Shown here: positions 30,060 through 40,244 of the stretch, piece after piece
Layout of the letters: the number at the start of each line of letters is the position of its first letter
Numbering within the stretch: position 1 is the first letter of the stretch
DNA from: Candidatus Nealsonbacteria bacterium DGGOD1a
Lineage (GTDB): Bacteria > Patescibacteriota > Minisyncoccia > Minisyncoccales > UBA5738
DNA length: 64,000 nt
Assembly: GCA_022530585.1 (NCBI GenBank)
Contig: CP092821.1
Coordinates: forward strand, 585,525 to 649,524
Direction of reading: 5' to 3'
Translations under genes and position numbers: made by a program
The notes under the pieces: generated by a model
Databases searched by the model: none
What the model saw: only the letters and a program-made list of their open reading frames with translations
Told to the model about the DNA's origin: nothing

Positions 30060-31490
30060 ATGAACGCAAACCGAAACGGAAACACGATTGTCGTAATTCT
30101 AATCGCTTTGGGGGTTGCCGTCACCGGCGCGATTGGCGCCGGCTGGTATGCCTACCAATTATATTCAACCCCCTCAAACTATGATGTTTTGCCAATGAAC
30201 AATGATGATATGCCGCTCGAAAAAAACATCAATGAAAATAGCGAACTTGATTCCGCCTCAACAACCGAAGAGCCGATTAGCGAACAAATCCCCGATGCGA
30301 ACGGCAATATTGAGTCGCCAATTGAATTCAAAGATTATCCGGCCGCCAAAGACTCATTGGCAACGGTTGCCGCCGCCAACCAATTCGCGTTTGAACTATA
30401 TGGCCAATACAAAAACACCAACGACAATATCTTCTTTTCGCCCTATAGCATCTCATCGGCGTTGCAAATGACCTATGAGGGAGCGCGCGGAAAAACCGCT
30501 CAAGAGATGGCGGCGGTTTTTCATTTCCCCAATGACGCGGCAACGCGCATCGGATCGTTTGCCAAATTGTATTCGGAAATCAATCCCAAAAACGCAACTT
30601 ACCAGCTTTCAACCGCCAACGCGCTCTGGGCTCAAAATGATTATCCGTTTGATCAAAACTATCTAAAAACCGTTGAAACTTGTTATCGCGGCAAAGCGAC
30701 AAATCTTGATTTTGTTTCCGATACCGAAAATTCCCGCCAAACCATCAATGAATGGGTGAGCGATAAAACCGCGCAAAAAATTCCCGAGCTGTTCGCTTCA
30801 GGATCGCTGAATCCGCTCACCCGCTTGGTGTTGACCAACGCGATTTATTTTAAAGGCAAATGGGAAGCTCCGTTTGAAAAAATGCTCACCAAAGAAAAAG
30901 ATTTCACCGCGCCAAACGGCGCGAAAACCAAATGCCAAATGATGAACATGAAAGAGAGTTTTGGATATGCCGAAACCGCGGAATACCAAGTATTGGAGTT
31001 GCCCTATGGAAACAATGACTTGTCAATGATAATAATTTTGCCTCAAAACGGGAAAATGGCGCCAATCGAAAGCGAGTTGTCAATGGGAAAATTTGCCGCG
31101 ATAAAAAATGATTTGAAATCAGAATTGGTGGATGTGTTTTTGCCGAAATTCAAATTTGACGCTTCCTACAATATGAATCAAACGCTGGCAAAAATGGGAA
31201 TGCCCACAGCATTTGACGATGGAAATGCCGATTTTTCGGGAATGTATGATAAAACGAAGACAACGGAAAATCTTTATATCGGCCTGGTAATCCACAAAGC
31301 ATATATTGATGTTTATGAGGAGGGTACCGAAGCCGCCGCGGCTACCGGAGTGGCAATGCAAGCGACCGCGGTAATGGAACCACCGCAAGCAAAAATTTTC
31401 AATGCCGACCATCCGTTTATGTTCGCGATCGTCCATAATGATACCGGCAGTATTTTATTTATGGGCAAGGTTAACGATCCAAATAATTAA
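30060..31490 (+). CDS. Membrane-anchored serpin
   Basis: NIFFSPYSI, NAIYFKGKW, hinge EEGTEAAAAT and FNADHPFMF. Confidence 0.95.
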   Translation: MNANRNGNTIVVILIALGVAVTGAIGAGWYAYQLYSTPSNYDVLPMNNDDMPLEKNINENSELDSASTTEEPISEQIPDANGNIESPIEFKDYPAAKDSLATVAAANQFAFELYGQYKNTNDNIFFSPYSISSALQMTYEGARGKTAQEMAAVFHFPNDAATRIGSFAKLYSEINPKNATYQLSTANALWAQNDYPFDQNYLKTVETCYRGKATNLDFVSDTENSRQTINEWVSDKTAQKIPELFASGSLNPLTRLVLTNAIYFKGKWEAPFEKMLTKEKDFTAPNGAKTKCQMMNMKESFGYAETAEYQVLELPYGNNDLSMIIILPQNGKMAPIESELSMGKFAAIKNDLKSELVDVFLPKFKFDASYNMNQTLAKMGMPTAFDDGNADFSGMYDKTKTTENLYIGLVIHKAYIDVYEEGTEAAAATGVAMQATAVMEPPQAKIFNADHPFMFAIVHNDTGSILFMGKVNDPNN

Positions 31491-31525
31491 TCAAAGCCGC
31501 CTTCGAGCGGTTTTTTGAAAAATTT

Positions 31526-32170
31526 ATGGCTTTAATCGAAAACTTGATCGGCTCCGGCTACTTAAAAACTTCGCGGATAATTGAAGCGTTCCGAAAAATT
31601 AAAAGAAAAGATTTCCTGCCGGAAAACCTACCTCATCGCCATTTCGCCGCCGAACTGGACGAGGCTGTTTCCATCGGCTGGGCGCAAACCATTTCCCAGC
31701 CCGCGACGGTGGCGTTTATGCTGGAGCTTTTACAACCTTGTCCGGGCGATAAAATTTTGGATGTTGGTTACGGTTCGGGCTGGACCACCGCGCTGTTGGC
31801 GCATATTGTTTCACAAAACGGCGCCAAAGGAAAAGTGGTGGCGATTGAAAGAATAAAGTTGTTGGCCGAATTCGGCAAGAGAAACATCGGCAAATACGGA
31901 TTTATTAAAAGTCGAATCGTTCAATGCGTGGTTGGGGATGGCGCGAAAGGATATTCGCCTCAAGCGCCATATGACCGCATTTTGGCTTCCGCCGCCGCGC
32001 AGAATATGCCGCCGGCATGGGAGGAACAATTAAAGACCGGCGGCGTGATCGTCGCCCCGGTCCAAAACGCGGTGCTAAAAATCGAGAAAAGCAAAAACAA
32101 CACCTTCAACGAAACCCGCTATGAAGGATTTGCCTTTGTGCCCCTGATACAAAGCGAAACTGACAAATAA
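31526..32170 (+). CDS. pcm: Protein-L-isoaspartate O-methyltransferase
   Basis: QTISQP, LDVGYGSGWTTA, APYDRI and FAFVPL. Confidence 0.93.
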   Translation: MALIENLIGSGYLKTSRIIEAFRKIKRKDFLPENLPHRHFAAELDEAVSIGWAQTISQPATVAFMLELLQPCPGDKILDVGYGSGWTTALLAHIVSQNGAKGKVVAIERIKLLAEFGKRNIGKYGFIKSRIVQCVVGDGAKGYSPQAPYDRILASAAAQNMPPAWEEQLKTGGVIVAPVQNAVLKIEKSKNNTFNETRYEGFAFVPLIQSETDK

Positions 32171-32173
32171 TGT

Positions 32174-32308
32174 TTTATTGAGTGCAATACCTCGGGGCTT
32201 TGCCCCGGGGTGCACCAAGAGGATTCCAAAGGGGTGCCCCCTTTGGTCGTCGTGCGGGGTTCATACCCCGCACGACGAAATACATTTGAAAAATATATTT
32301 TTGATTTT
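32174..32308 (-). repeat. Repeat family A, copy 3 (inverted)
   Basis: Reverse complement of 19964-20098; lies between convergent genes. Confidence 0.95.
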
Positions 32309-32335
32309 TTGCCGAACGGCATCAAATGTATTGTT

Positions 32336-32692
32336 TCAGGAAATTATTTTGATGCCGATTTCGGCAATCTTAAATCCCGCGTAGACCATAAACGCGGCAA
32401 ACATTGACCAAACGATCACATTGAGCAATTTAGCGATTTCTTGCGCCGGCAAAAGATTCGCCACCGCTTCTTGCGTTGCTTGACTCATCGCTAATTGCAT
32501 TTGCGCCTCAACATTGAGGTTGGCGGTATCAGGAGATTGTGATTTTGCCGTTCCGCGGTTTTCTCCAAAATTAAACACCGGCGGAAAATCCGCCTTGGCG
32601 GTGAAATAACGATACGAAGTATTCACCGTCCAAGCAATCACCGCCAAACCGACAGCCAGCAAAACCCAACCGATTATTTTTTTAGCATTCAT
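32336..32692 (-). CDS. Two-TM membrane protein
   Basis: Hydrophobic N- and C-terminal helices. Confidence 0.75.
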   Translation of the reverse strand: MNAKKIIGWVLLAVGLAVIAWTVNTSYRYFTAKADFPPVFNFGENRGTAKSQSPDTANLNVEAQMQLAMSQATQEAVANLLPAQEIAKLLNVIVWSMFAAFMVYAGFKIAEIGIKIIS

Positions 32693-32702
32693 GAACAAAA
32701 GC

Positions 32703-32758
32703 TGTTGAAATCGAATATCAACAGCTTACCAATAGCTTGTTGATATTCGATTTCAACA
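32703..32758. repeat. Palindromic REP-like doublet
   Basis: TGTTGAAATCGAATATCAACA ... TGTTGATATTCGATTTCAACA. Confidence 0.7.
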
Positions 32759-32765
32759 CGCCATA

Positions 32766-34184
32766 TTATTTACTTTCAAAGAAGGCTTTATAAGCCAAGT
32801 AAGCCGAATATATATCGGCCTTGCTGGCGATCTCAAACGGCGCGTGCATTGAAAGCAGGGGAACGCCGATATCGATGATATCCATATTCAACCGCGCCAA
32901 ATACATTGCCACGGTACCCCCGCCGCCGATATCCACCTTGCCCATGCCGCCGATTTGCCAATTAATATCGTTTTCATTGAAAATTTTCCTGACAAAGCCG
33001 ACAAATTCGGCCGTCGCTTCGCTGGTATCGTATTTTCCGCGATAACCGCTATGTTTTTCAATCGCGACCCCCGCGCCAATTTTCGCCGTATTGGCCGCGT
33101 CAAAAACATCGGCGTAGTCGGGATCAAAACCAACCGTAACATCGGCGGAAATCGCCCTTGTTTTCACGAAAACATCGCGCAAAACATTTTCATCATGATT
33201 GCCGGTTTCCAAATAAATCAATTCGCTCACAAAATCGGAAATATAATTTGAATTCGCTCCCGTGGCGCCTTCGCTGCCTATTTCTTCCTTATCGGAAAGA
33301 ACGACAATCGTCGCGTATTCATTATTTTCGGATTCAAACAACGACTTCACCGCGCCATAAGCGCACACCCGGTCGTCCTGTCCATACGCGGCGATCAAGC
33401 TGCGGTCGAAACCAAGGTCGCGCGCCATGCCTTGCGGCACCAGCTCCAAATCCGCGGAAACAAAATCTTCTTCGGAGATACCGTATTTTTCATTTAAAAG
33501 TTTTAATAATCGGATTTTCACTGGTTCTTTGTCATCCTTGTTTTTTGAACCCAAACTGCCCGCGACGATATTCAGAGTTTCGGCCGGAACCGCTTCATCG
33601 AGTTTCTTTTCATATTGCAATTTGGCAAGATGCGGTAATAAATCCGTGATCATAAAAATCGGATCCTCCGGTTTATCGCCAATCGCAATTTCGATCGCGC
33701 TTCCATCCTGTTTTATAATCGTTCCATACATCGCCAAAGGCAAAGCCGTCCATTGATATTTTTTAATACCGCCGTAGTAATGGGTTTTTAAAAACGCCAT
33801 ATGCTCTCCCTCGAATAATGGCCTGACTTTCAAATCCAATCGGGGCGAATCGATGTGCGCCATGATCATGCGCGCGCCTTCTCTAACCGGTTTTTTGCCG
33901 GGTTTTGCCAAAATTATGGCTTTGCCGCGATTGATTGAATAGACCGGAGCGTTGAAACCTTTTTGTTTGACTTCGCCAATATGTTCCAACTTTTTGAAAC
34001 CATTTTCGATCGCTTGGACTTCGGCGATCTTAACCGCCAAGCGTTCGGTTTTGGCCGCGCTTAAAAATTCCTTGTAACCTTCGCAGAAATCAAACGCTTT
34101 TTTCGTAGTGGCATCATCCCAGATATCAAAAGCGAATTTCTTTTCAAACATCAAATTAGGCTCGTTTTGTTCATTTTTATCCAT
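32766..34184 (-). CDS. M18 family aminopeptidase
   Basis: AHIDSPRLD, YYGGIKKYQW, GQDDRVC, DKEEIGS and LSMHAPFE. Confidence 0.93.
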   Translation of the reverse strand: MDKNEQNEPNLMFEKKFAFDIWDDATTKKAFDFCEGYKEFLSAAKTERLAVKIAEVQAIENGFKKLEHIGEVKQKGFNAPVYSINRGKAIILAKPGKKPVREGARMIMAHIDSPRLDLKVRPLFEGEHMAFLKTHYYGGIKKYQWTALPLAMYGTIIKQDGSAIEIAIGDKPEDPIFMITDLLPHLAKLQYEKKLDEAVPAETLNIVAGSLGSKNKDDKEPVKIRLLKLLNEKYGISEEDFVSADLELVPQGMARDLGFDRSLIAAYGQDDRVCAYGAVKSLFESENNEYATIVVLSDKEEIGSEGATGANSNYISDFVSELIYLETGNHDENVLRDVFVKTRAISADVTVGFDPDYADVFDAANTAKIGAGVAIEKHSGYRGKYDTSEATAEFVGFVRKIFNENDINWQIGGMGKVDIGGGGTVAMYLARLNMDIIDIGVPLLSMHAPFEIASKADIYSAYLAYKAFFESK

Positions 34185-34240
34185 AGTTGTGGTAATGTAT
34201 TATTATTCAAAATAGCTTATTTGGCTTAAAAAGTAAATTT

Positions 34241-35320
34241 ATGAACGACAGAATAAAAGAATTGCAAAAATTTATCGATTCGGAAAAATTAGACGCAATG
34301 ATTGTCACCAACCCGGTCAATATCTTTTATCTGACCGGAGTGAACAATTTTGACAGCGAAAAAGGTTTTTTGATGGTGGTTTTCAAAAATAAATATCGGT
34401 TGATTTCATCGCTATTTTATCAAAACCGGATCTGTGGAGTAATTCCAAACGCGAACGCGGTTTATGTGCCGCGCGGCGAATCGATTTCGGAATATATGCT
34501 AAAGGAATTTGGCGATGAAGCCGCCATTGGTTTCGAGCGGGAAGATTTGTCATTCGCCCGATACGAATTATTCAAAAAAGTCTTGCGCGGTAAAAAACTG
34601 ATCCCGGTTTCCAGCGCGATTGAAAAATTCCGGCAAATAAAAACCGACGACGAAATATCGCTCATAAAAAAAGCCGCCGCGATCACCGACAAAACTTTCG
34701 CCCAATTGTTGAAATCAATCAAACCCGGCGTTACCGAACTGTTTTTAAAAAGAAAAGTTCTGGAAATTATGCAGGATTTGGGAGCGCAAGGATGCTCGTT
34801 TGACCCGATTGTGGCAAGCGGAAAAAATTCCGCGGATCCGCATTATGAAGGGTCGAATAAAAAAATAAAGATCGGGGAAATGATCGTGATTGATATTGGC
34901 GCGCGGTACAAAAATTACAACGCGGATATGACGCGCATGGTATTCACGGGCAAAGCGTCGCAAAAGTACATAAATATGTACAACATTGTTTTGGAAACCC
35001 AAGAAAAATCATTGGAAGAATGCAAACCCGGTGCCTCGCCAAAACAGGTTTTTGACAACTGTGTTGAAAATTTCAAAAAATATGGCGAAGACCGATTTTT
35101 CACGCACGGGTTGGGGCATGGCGTGGGCATCGATATCCACGAATTGCCGAATTTAAGCCCGGCGGGAACCGGTGGATTTGAGAACGGAATGGTGTTCACC
35201 GTGGAGCCGGGGCTTTATCATCTCGGCTGGGGCGGCATCCGCGTTGAAGATTTGTGCGCGATACAAAACGGCAAATGCGCCATATTAAGCAAAACGCCGA
35301 AAAATCTCATTGAAATATAA
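34241..35320 (+). CDS. Xaa-Pro peptidase (M24)
   Basis: DIGA..Y.ADMTR, HGLGHGVG, TVEPG and GIRVED. Confidence 0.93.
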   Translation: MNDRIKELQKFIDSEKLDAMIVTNPVNIFYLTGVNNFDSEKGFLMVVFKNKYRLISSLFYQNRICGVIPNANAVYVPRGESISEYMLKEFGDEAAIGFEREDLSFARYELFKKVLRGKKLIPVSSAIEKFRQIKTDDEISLIKKAAAITDKTFAQLLKSIKPGVTELFLKRKVLEIMQDLGAQGCSFDPIVASGKNSADPHYEGSNKKIKIGEMIVIDIGARYKNYNADMTRMVFTGKASQKYINMYNIVLETQEKSLEECKPGASPKQVFDNCVENFKKYGEDRFFTHGLGHGVGIDIHELPNLSPAGTGGFENGMVFTVEPGLYHLGWGGIRVEDLCAIQNGKCAILSKTPKNLIEI

Positions 35321-35332
35321 TTAAAATAACAT

Positions 35333-35896
35333 ATGAAAAAAGCGATTCTGATTGTTCTGGCGATAATGATCGCGGGCGAACTGGGCTATCTTTATTATCG
35401 GATGAAAACCACCGAATTCCAGCCCGACGACAAGTTGTTGGATGTTCTGCCCAAAACCGCGGAAGAGAATCCAACCGCGACTACGCCTATTGGCGAAAAC
35501 GCGGAAAATTCAACCGGCGCGGCGACAAGCACATTGAGCGAAGCCGACAAAAAAATAAAAACTTTTGAAGAATGCGTCTACGCGGGCAAGCCGGTCAGCG
35601 GACAAAAGCCTCATCGCCAATGCAAAGTTGCCGACAATTTGACTTTTATCGAGATTGAATCCTGCGAAACGCCCACGGGAGAATCAATGGATTTCTACAC
35701 CGCCCAACGCATCTTCGACTCCAGCCAGTGCGCGATCGAAGGCAGCGCCGATAGCGATCCTTATTGCAATCCGAACACCGGCGCTTGGTGGATCGACATT
35801 TTGACATACCGCAAAGGCTGCGACCCGGCCTGCGTCATCGACATTAAAACCAAAAAAGCCGAAGTCAACTGGCGCTGCACCGGCGCGCAACCATAG
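35333..35896 (+). CDS. Membrane-anchored Cys-rich hypothetical protein
   Basis: N-terminal TM; IKTFEECVYAG...RQC; GCDPACV...EVNWRCTG. Confidence 0.8.
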   Translation: MKKAILIVLAIMIAGELGYLYYRMKTTEFQPDDKLLDVLPKTAEENPTATTPIGENAENSTGAATSTLSEADKKIKTFEECVYAGKPVSGQKPHRQCKVADNLTFIEIESCETPTGESMDFYTAQRIFDSSQCAIEGSADSDPYCNPNTGAWWIDILTYRKGCDPACVIDIKTKKAEVNWRCTGAQP

Positions 35897-35964
35897 GATC
35901 ATACGATCATAAGATCATAAAAACATTAAAATCGCGCCGGTTGGCGCGATTTTTCGTACAAAAT

Positions 35965-36138
35965 GCAACCCCTCACTGGGGAGCAAATTTGTTGAGGTTT
36001 GACCTCGAGAATTTGTATTTTGAGGTCAATCCTCAACAAATTTACGGTAAGGGCTGGCGCGAATTTGAAGGTCAAACCTCTCGCAAGCCGAGGATTGACC
36101 TCCAAATGCGCTATTTTTACTTCCCAGTAAGTGGTTAC
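35965..36138. mobile_element. MITE with IS1595-like ends and REP-like cargo
   Basis: Ends GCAACCCCTCACTGGG / CCCAGTAAGTGGTTAC; 8-bp duplication TACAAAAT (35957-35964, 36139-36146); four GAGGTTTGACCTC-type hairpins. Confidence 0.8.
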
Positions 36139-36550
36139 TACAAAATTATTTGACAAATTATATGTTTTAGTATTAAATATAAACGGAGTCTTTAATAACA
36201 ATGGAGGAATTAAAATACTAGAAACTCTTTCAGACGACAACCTGATGCAACTAGGATCGTTTCTAATAATTGAAATCGCAATAACCGTATTATCGATCGT
36301 AACATTGATCGCAACGGACAAGCGATTTGAACAAAAACACGATAAAGCATACGCAGCACTTTTTTCAATTGTGTTTGCAATCGGAATCGGTTTTGCGGAC
36401 ACGGTTGTCGCAACATATGGTTTTGAAATGATTAAAGACGCAAGCTTTCTAGTCAAAGGTATTTGCATCTTTCCACCAATAGTAATTTGCCTTGTGACGA
36501 TAGCAATATCTGACAGGTCTGAAGGGAGATGGTCAAAAAAATCTCTATGA
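36131..36550 (+). CDS. Membrane hypothetical protein (start uncertain)
   Basis: Three hydrophobic helices in an AT-rich ORF. Confidence 0.5.
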   Translation: MVTTKLFDKLYVLVLNINGVFNNNGGIKILETLSDDNLMQLGSFLIIEIAITVLSIVTLIATDKRFEQKHDKAYAALFSIVFAIGIGFADTVVATYGFEMIKDASFLVKGICIFPPIVICLVTIAISDRSEGRWSKKSL

Positions 36551-36618
36551 TCATTCTCCGTTTTTTTATACAAACGCGCCTTTTGCTATGCTATAATATT
36601 TAAACAGTGTCAGCCGCC

Positions 36619-36674
36619 GCGAATTTGTTGAGGATTGACCTCCCAAAGCCGAGGTCAAACCTCCACAAATTCGC
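36619..36674. repeat. REP-like doublet upstream of xseA
   Basis: GCGAATTTGT-GAGGATTGACCTC..GAGGTCAAACCTC-ACAAATTCGC; same unit as inside 35965-36138. Confidence 0.75.
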
Positions 36675-36680
36675 TTTGTT

Positions 36681-37946
36681 ATGGAATTTGATAATATTAA
36701 CCAAAAAAATATTTTTGAAGCCGGACCGGTGACGGTGGCGCAGTTTATTGATCAGCTCAATCGGCTGGTCAAGCCGGTTAGCGTGAAGATCATCGGCGAA
36801 GTGAGCGAGGCCAAGGTTGGGCCCACCGGGCATATGTATTTTTCGATGAAGGATGAAAAAAACGCGGCGGTAATGAGTTGCGCGATTTGGCGTTCGCGTT
36901 ATGAGATGTTTGGCATCCAGCTCAAGATCGGCATGAAAATCATTGCTTCGGGACACGCCGAGATTTACGCTCCCAGCGGCCGGCTGTCGTTTATCTGTGA
37001 TTCGGTTGAGCTTGCCGGAGAAGGCGCGTTAAAAAAAGAATACGACCGGCTTCTGGCGAAATTGACGAACGAAGGCATATTCGCGATTGAAAAAAAACGA
37101 GCGGTGCCAAAATTTGCCCGCCGTATCGGCATTATCACCTCAAAGCAAGGCGCGGTCATTCACGATTTCTTGAACAATATCGGCAAATTCGGTTTCCAAA
37201 TCGAATTCATCGATTCGCGCGTCGAGGGCCAGCTGGCCGTGGGCGATTTGCTGGCCTCAATCCAAACTTTTAAAAAGCGCGAGATCGATGTTTTGGTGAT
37301 AATGCGCGGCGGCGGCTCGCTGGAAGCGATGATGGCATTTAATAATGAAACTATCGTTCGCGAAATTGCCGCTTTCCCGGTGCCCGTAATCGCGGGCATC
37401 GGCCACGACAAGGATGTGCCATTGGCCGCGATGGCGGCGGATGTCATGACCTCAACCCCAACCGCGGCGGCAAATCTGCTCACTCAATCATGGCAAGAAA
37501 TCTTCCGCGCGCTGGATCGTTATGAGAACGCGATCATCGGCGGCTATAAAAACGAACTTACCCAAGCACGGTCGCGATTGCGGCAATATGCCGGAATTTT
37601 ATCCAATTTCAGATATATCCTGCAAAACATCACCCGCAAAATCAACGCGGTAATGGAAAATTCGGTTTTATCGATAAAAAACCGGTTATTGTCGATCAAC
37701 CAGCAAATTTCATACTTGCGAAACATCATCGAATCGCACAATCCCGAACGCCAATTAAAACTTGGCTATTCGATCGCCAAAATCAACGGAAAAATCCTGA
37801 AATCCGCCAGAAACGCCCGGCCCGGGGACGACTTGGATATAATTCTGGCCGATGGTATGATCAATTCAAAAGCAACTAACATTAAATTGCATGGAAACAA
37901 AAAAGAAAACCGCCAGCCTGAACGACAATTTAAAACAACTGGCTGA
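36681..37946 (+). CDS. xseA: Exodeoxyribonuclease VII large subunit
   Basis: GHMYFSMKD, GAVIHD, RGGGS, GIGHDKD and TPTAAA. Confidence 0.95.
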   Translation: MEFDNINQKNIFEAGPVTVAQFIDQLNRLVKPVSVKIIGEVSEAKVGPTGHMYFSMKDEKNAAVMSCAIWRSRYEMFGIQLKIGMKIIASGHAEIYAPSGRLSFICDSVELAGEGALKKEYDRLLAKLTNEGIFAIEKKRAVPKFARRIGIITSKQGAVIHDFLNNIGKFGFQIEFIDSRVEGQLAVGDLLASIQTFKKREIDVLVIMRGGGSLEAMMAFNNETIVREIAAFPVPVIAGIGHDKDVPLAAMAADVMTSTPTAAANLLTQSWQEIFRALDRYENAIIGGYKNELTQARSRLRQYAGILSNFRYILQNITRKINAVMENSVLSIKNRLLSINQQISYLRNIIESHNPERQLKLGYSIAKINGKILKSARNARPGDDLDIILADGMINSKATNIKLHGNKKENRQPERQFKTTG

Positions 37947-38127
37947 AATTTCCGAATGGTTCGGCGGCCAAAAAGAACTGGATGTGGAAGCCGGCATTGA
38001 AAAAGTAAAAATCGCGGCCGAACTCATCAAATCCAGCAAAGAGAAATTGAACAAGCTGGAAAACGAGTTCAAAGAAATCGAAAAGGAATTCGTTGCCGAA
38101 GCGGCACCTGAAAATAACGATTTTTGA
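37891..38127 (+). CDS. xseB: Exodeoxyribonuclease VII small subunit
   Basis: Small helical protein overlapping the xseA end. Confidence 0.8.
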   Translation: METKKKTASLNDNLKQLAEISEWFGGQKELDVEAGIEKVKIAAELIKSSKEKLNKLENEFKEIEKEFVAEAAPENNDF

Positions 38128-38238
38128 CAAAACGGTTCTATCTGGTAAAATAAAATTGCTTTAAAAAATCTATAACTATAATACGACACCTGACGGGTGG
38201 CGTATTTTCTGATCATTAACAAGTTAAAAAGGTGGAGA

Positions 38239-38349
38239 ATGTCAAAAAAAGAATTGATATCATGGGTTTCAAAACATTTTAGTGTTTTGCTTATAATCGC
38301 GATCATTTTTGTTTATTTAACAATGATCGCGGTTTCAATTCGTGAATAA
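38239..38349 (+). CDS. Putative 36-aa single-TM peptide
   Basis: AGGTGGAG RBS; MSKKELISWVSKHFSVLLIIAIIFVYLTMIAVSIRE*; below the ORF-track cutoff. Confidence 0.4.
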   Translation: MSKKELISWVSKHFSVLLIIAIIFVYLTMIAVSIRE

Positions 38350-38422
38350 ATAAACCGAAATATTTCTGTCAAATGATATGATATATAGAAATGTCATAGA
38401 CCGAAATATTTCGGATCTTTTT

Positions 38423-38758
38423 TTATCTAATTTGCGCGCCTTCTTTGGCCATATCGTCAACGCGCAAAGGAAAATGGCCGGTTTCGTCGCCCGCGACCAG
38501 CATCATGCCTTGGCTCGTGCCTTCGCCCAGCTTGCGCTCGGCGAGATTGACGACGAAAACATATTTCTTGCCGATCAGATCGGAAAAGTTTACGAATTTG
38601 CGGATTCCGGCAAAAATCGTGCGCGTGCCGATCTCGATGCCGAAATCGATTTTCATTCCGATCAATTTGTTGCTCCATTGCGGCTCAAAGGCTTCCAGAA
38701 CCCTGCCCGCGCGCAAATCTAATTTTTCAAAATCACCGAATTCAATAATTGGCTTCAT
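38423..38758 (-). CDS. tRNA-binding OB-fold protein (CsaA/MetG C-terminal-like)
   Basis: DFEKLDLRAG, RTIFAGI, VVNL and SQGMML. Confidence 0.9.
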   Translation of the reverse strand: MKPIIEFGDFEKLDLRAGRVLEAFEPQWSNKLIGMKIDFGIEIGTRTIFAGIRKFVNFSDLIGKKYVFVVNLAERKLGEGTSQGMMLVAGDETGHFPLRVDDMAKEGAQIR

Positions 38759-38884
38759 AATATTTTGTTATAATGGAAAGATAATATCACAAAAATACAA
38801 AGACCAAAAGGATGCCGGCCGGCGGCGATTGGACTATTTGTTCTTATTGGTGTAAATTGGATTTGTTGTAAAAAAAGAATCGAT

Positions 38885-40093
38885 ATGAAATTTTTTGATT
38901 TTTCGGAAAACAAAGAAAAGAAGAATTGGAAGCCGTTGATTATTTTTTTGTCCGCCGCGGCAATTTTCGGTATTTTCTACGGCGGATACCTGATGGGAAA
39001 ATCGGCCAACGCGCCATTATCGCCGGCAAACGCGGATATGACGCTTTTTTGGAAGACATGGAACACCTTGGAAGCCAATTTCGTCGATAAAGAAAAAATC
39101 GACCACCAAAAAATGGTCTATGGCGCGATCTCGGGAATGGTGGACTCTCTGGGCGATCCCTACACCGCGTTTTTCAATCCGACCGACACAAAAAAGTTCG
39201 CCGAAGACACCGCCGGAGCGTTTGAAGGCGTGGGAATGGAAATCGGCATCAGACAAAAACAGCTGCAAGTCGTAACTCCGCTGGAAAAATCTCCCGCCCA
39301 AAAAGCGGGCATACGCGCCGGCGACGCGATTATCAAAATTGACGGCAAATCAACCGTCAATATGACCACCGACGAAGCGGTTGATCTCATCCGCGGCGCG
39401 AAAGGCACCGAAGTAACTTTGACGCTTTACCGCGAAGATTGGAAAGAAGCGCGGGATTTCAAACTTATCCGCGAAATGATCCAACTGCCTTCTCTCAAAT
39501 GGGAAATCAAAAACAACGATGTTGCCTACATTCAGCTCTACCAATTCACCGACAAAGCCAGCAATGATTTCAAAGCCGCGGCCGTAGACATCATCAACAG
39601 CCCGGCAAAACGAATCGTGCTTGATCTGCGCAACAATCCGGGAGGATTGCTGGGCGTATCGCAAGATATTGCCGGATGGTTTCTGGAAAAAGGCCGAATT
39701 ATCACCTATGAAAGATCGAGCAATCCGAACGATGGCAATGAATACAGATCGGAGGGGCCATCGTTATTGTTAAAATACCCGGTGGTTGTGCTTATCAACG
39801 AGGGATCGGCTTCAGCGTCGGAAATTCTGGCCGGCGCCCTGCGCGACAACAGGGGAATCCAACTGATCGGCGAAAAATCATTCGGCAAGGGATCGGTGCA
39901 ACAAGTTATCGGCCTGGATAAAGGTTCCTCGCTGAAAGTCACCGTGGCCAAATGGTATACGCCCAACAACGACCAAATATCGGAAATCGGGCTGACTCCC
40001 GATATAGAAATTAAAATCACCGCCGAGGACGAAGCAAAAGCAAAAGACCCGCAATTGGACAAAGCTATTGAAATCGTCAAAACTTTAAGGTAA
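38885..40093 (+). CDS. ctpA: C-terminal processing protease (S41) with PDZ domain
   Basis: DLRNNPGG, GSASASEI, SFGKGSVQ and DPQL. Confidence 0.93.
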   Translation: MKFFDFSENKEKKNWKPLIIFLSAAAIFGIFYGGYLMGKSANAPLSPANADMTLFWKTWNTLEANFVDKEKIDHQKMVYGAISGMVDSLGDPYTAFFNPTDTKKFAEDTAGAFEGVGMEIGIRQKQLQVVTPLEKSPAQKAGIRAGDAIIKIDGKSTVNMTTDEAVDLIRGAKGTEVTLTLYREDWKEARDFKLIREMIQLPSLKWEIKNNDVAYIQLYQFTDKASNDFKAAAVDIINSPAKRIVLDLRNNPGGLLGVSQDIAGWFLEKGRIITYERSSNPNDGNEYRSEGPSLLLKYPVVVLINEGSASASEILAGALRDNRGIQLIGEKSFGKGSVQQVIGLDKGSSLKVTVAKWYTPNNDQISEIGLTPDIEIKITAEDEAKAKDPQLDKAIEIVKTLR

Positions 40094-40096
40094 AAT

Positions 40097-40212
40097 AAAA
40101 AATACATTGATGTCGGGGTATTAACACCGCCATCAACCAAAGGATGTTTCCTTTGAAATCCTCATTCTTTTTGTTCCCCGCAGCGAGCTGACGGAGTATA
40201 AAAAGAATAAAT
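40097..40212 (+). repeat. Repeat family B, copy 3
   Basis: Matches 13894-14009. Confidence 0.9.
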
Positions 40213-40244
40213 ATCATTAGAAAAACGGATTAAAGAAAACCAAT

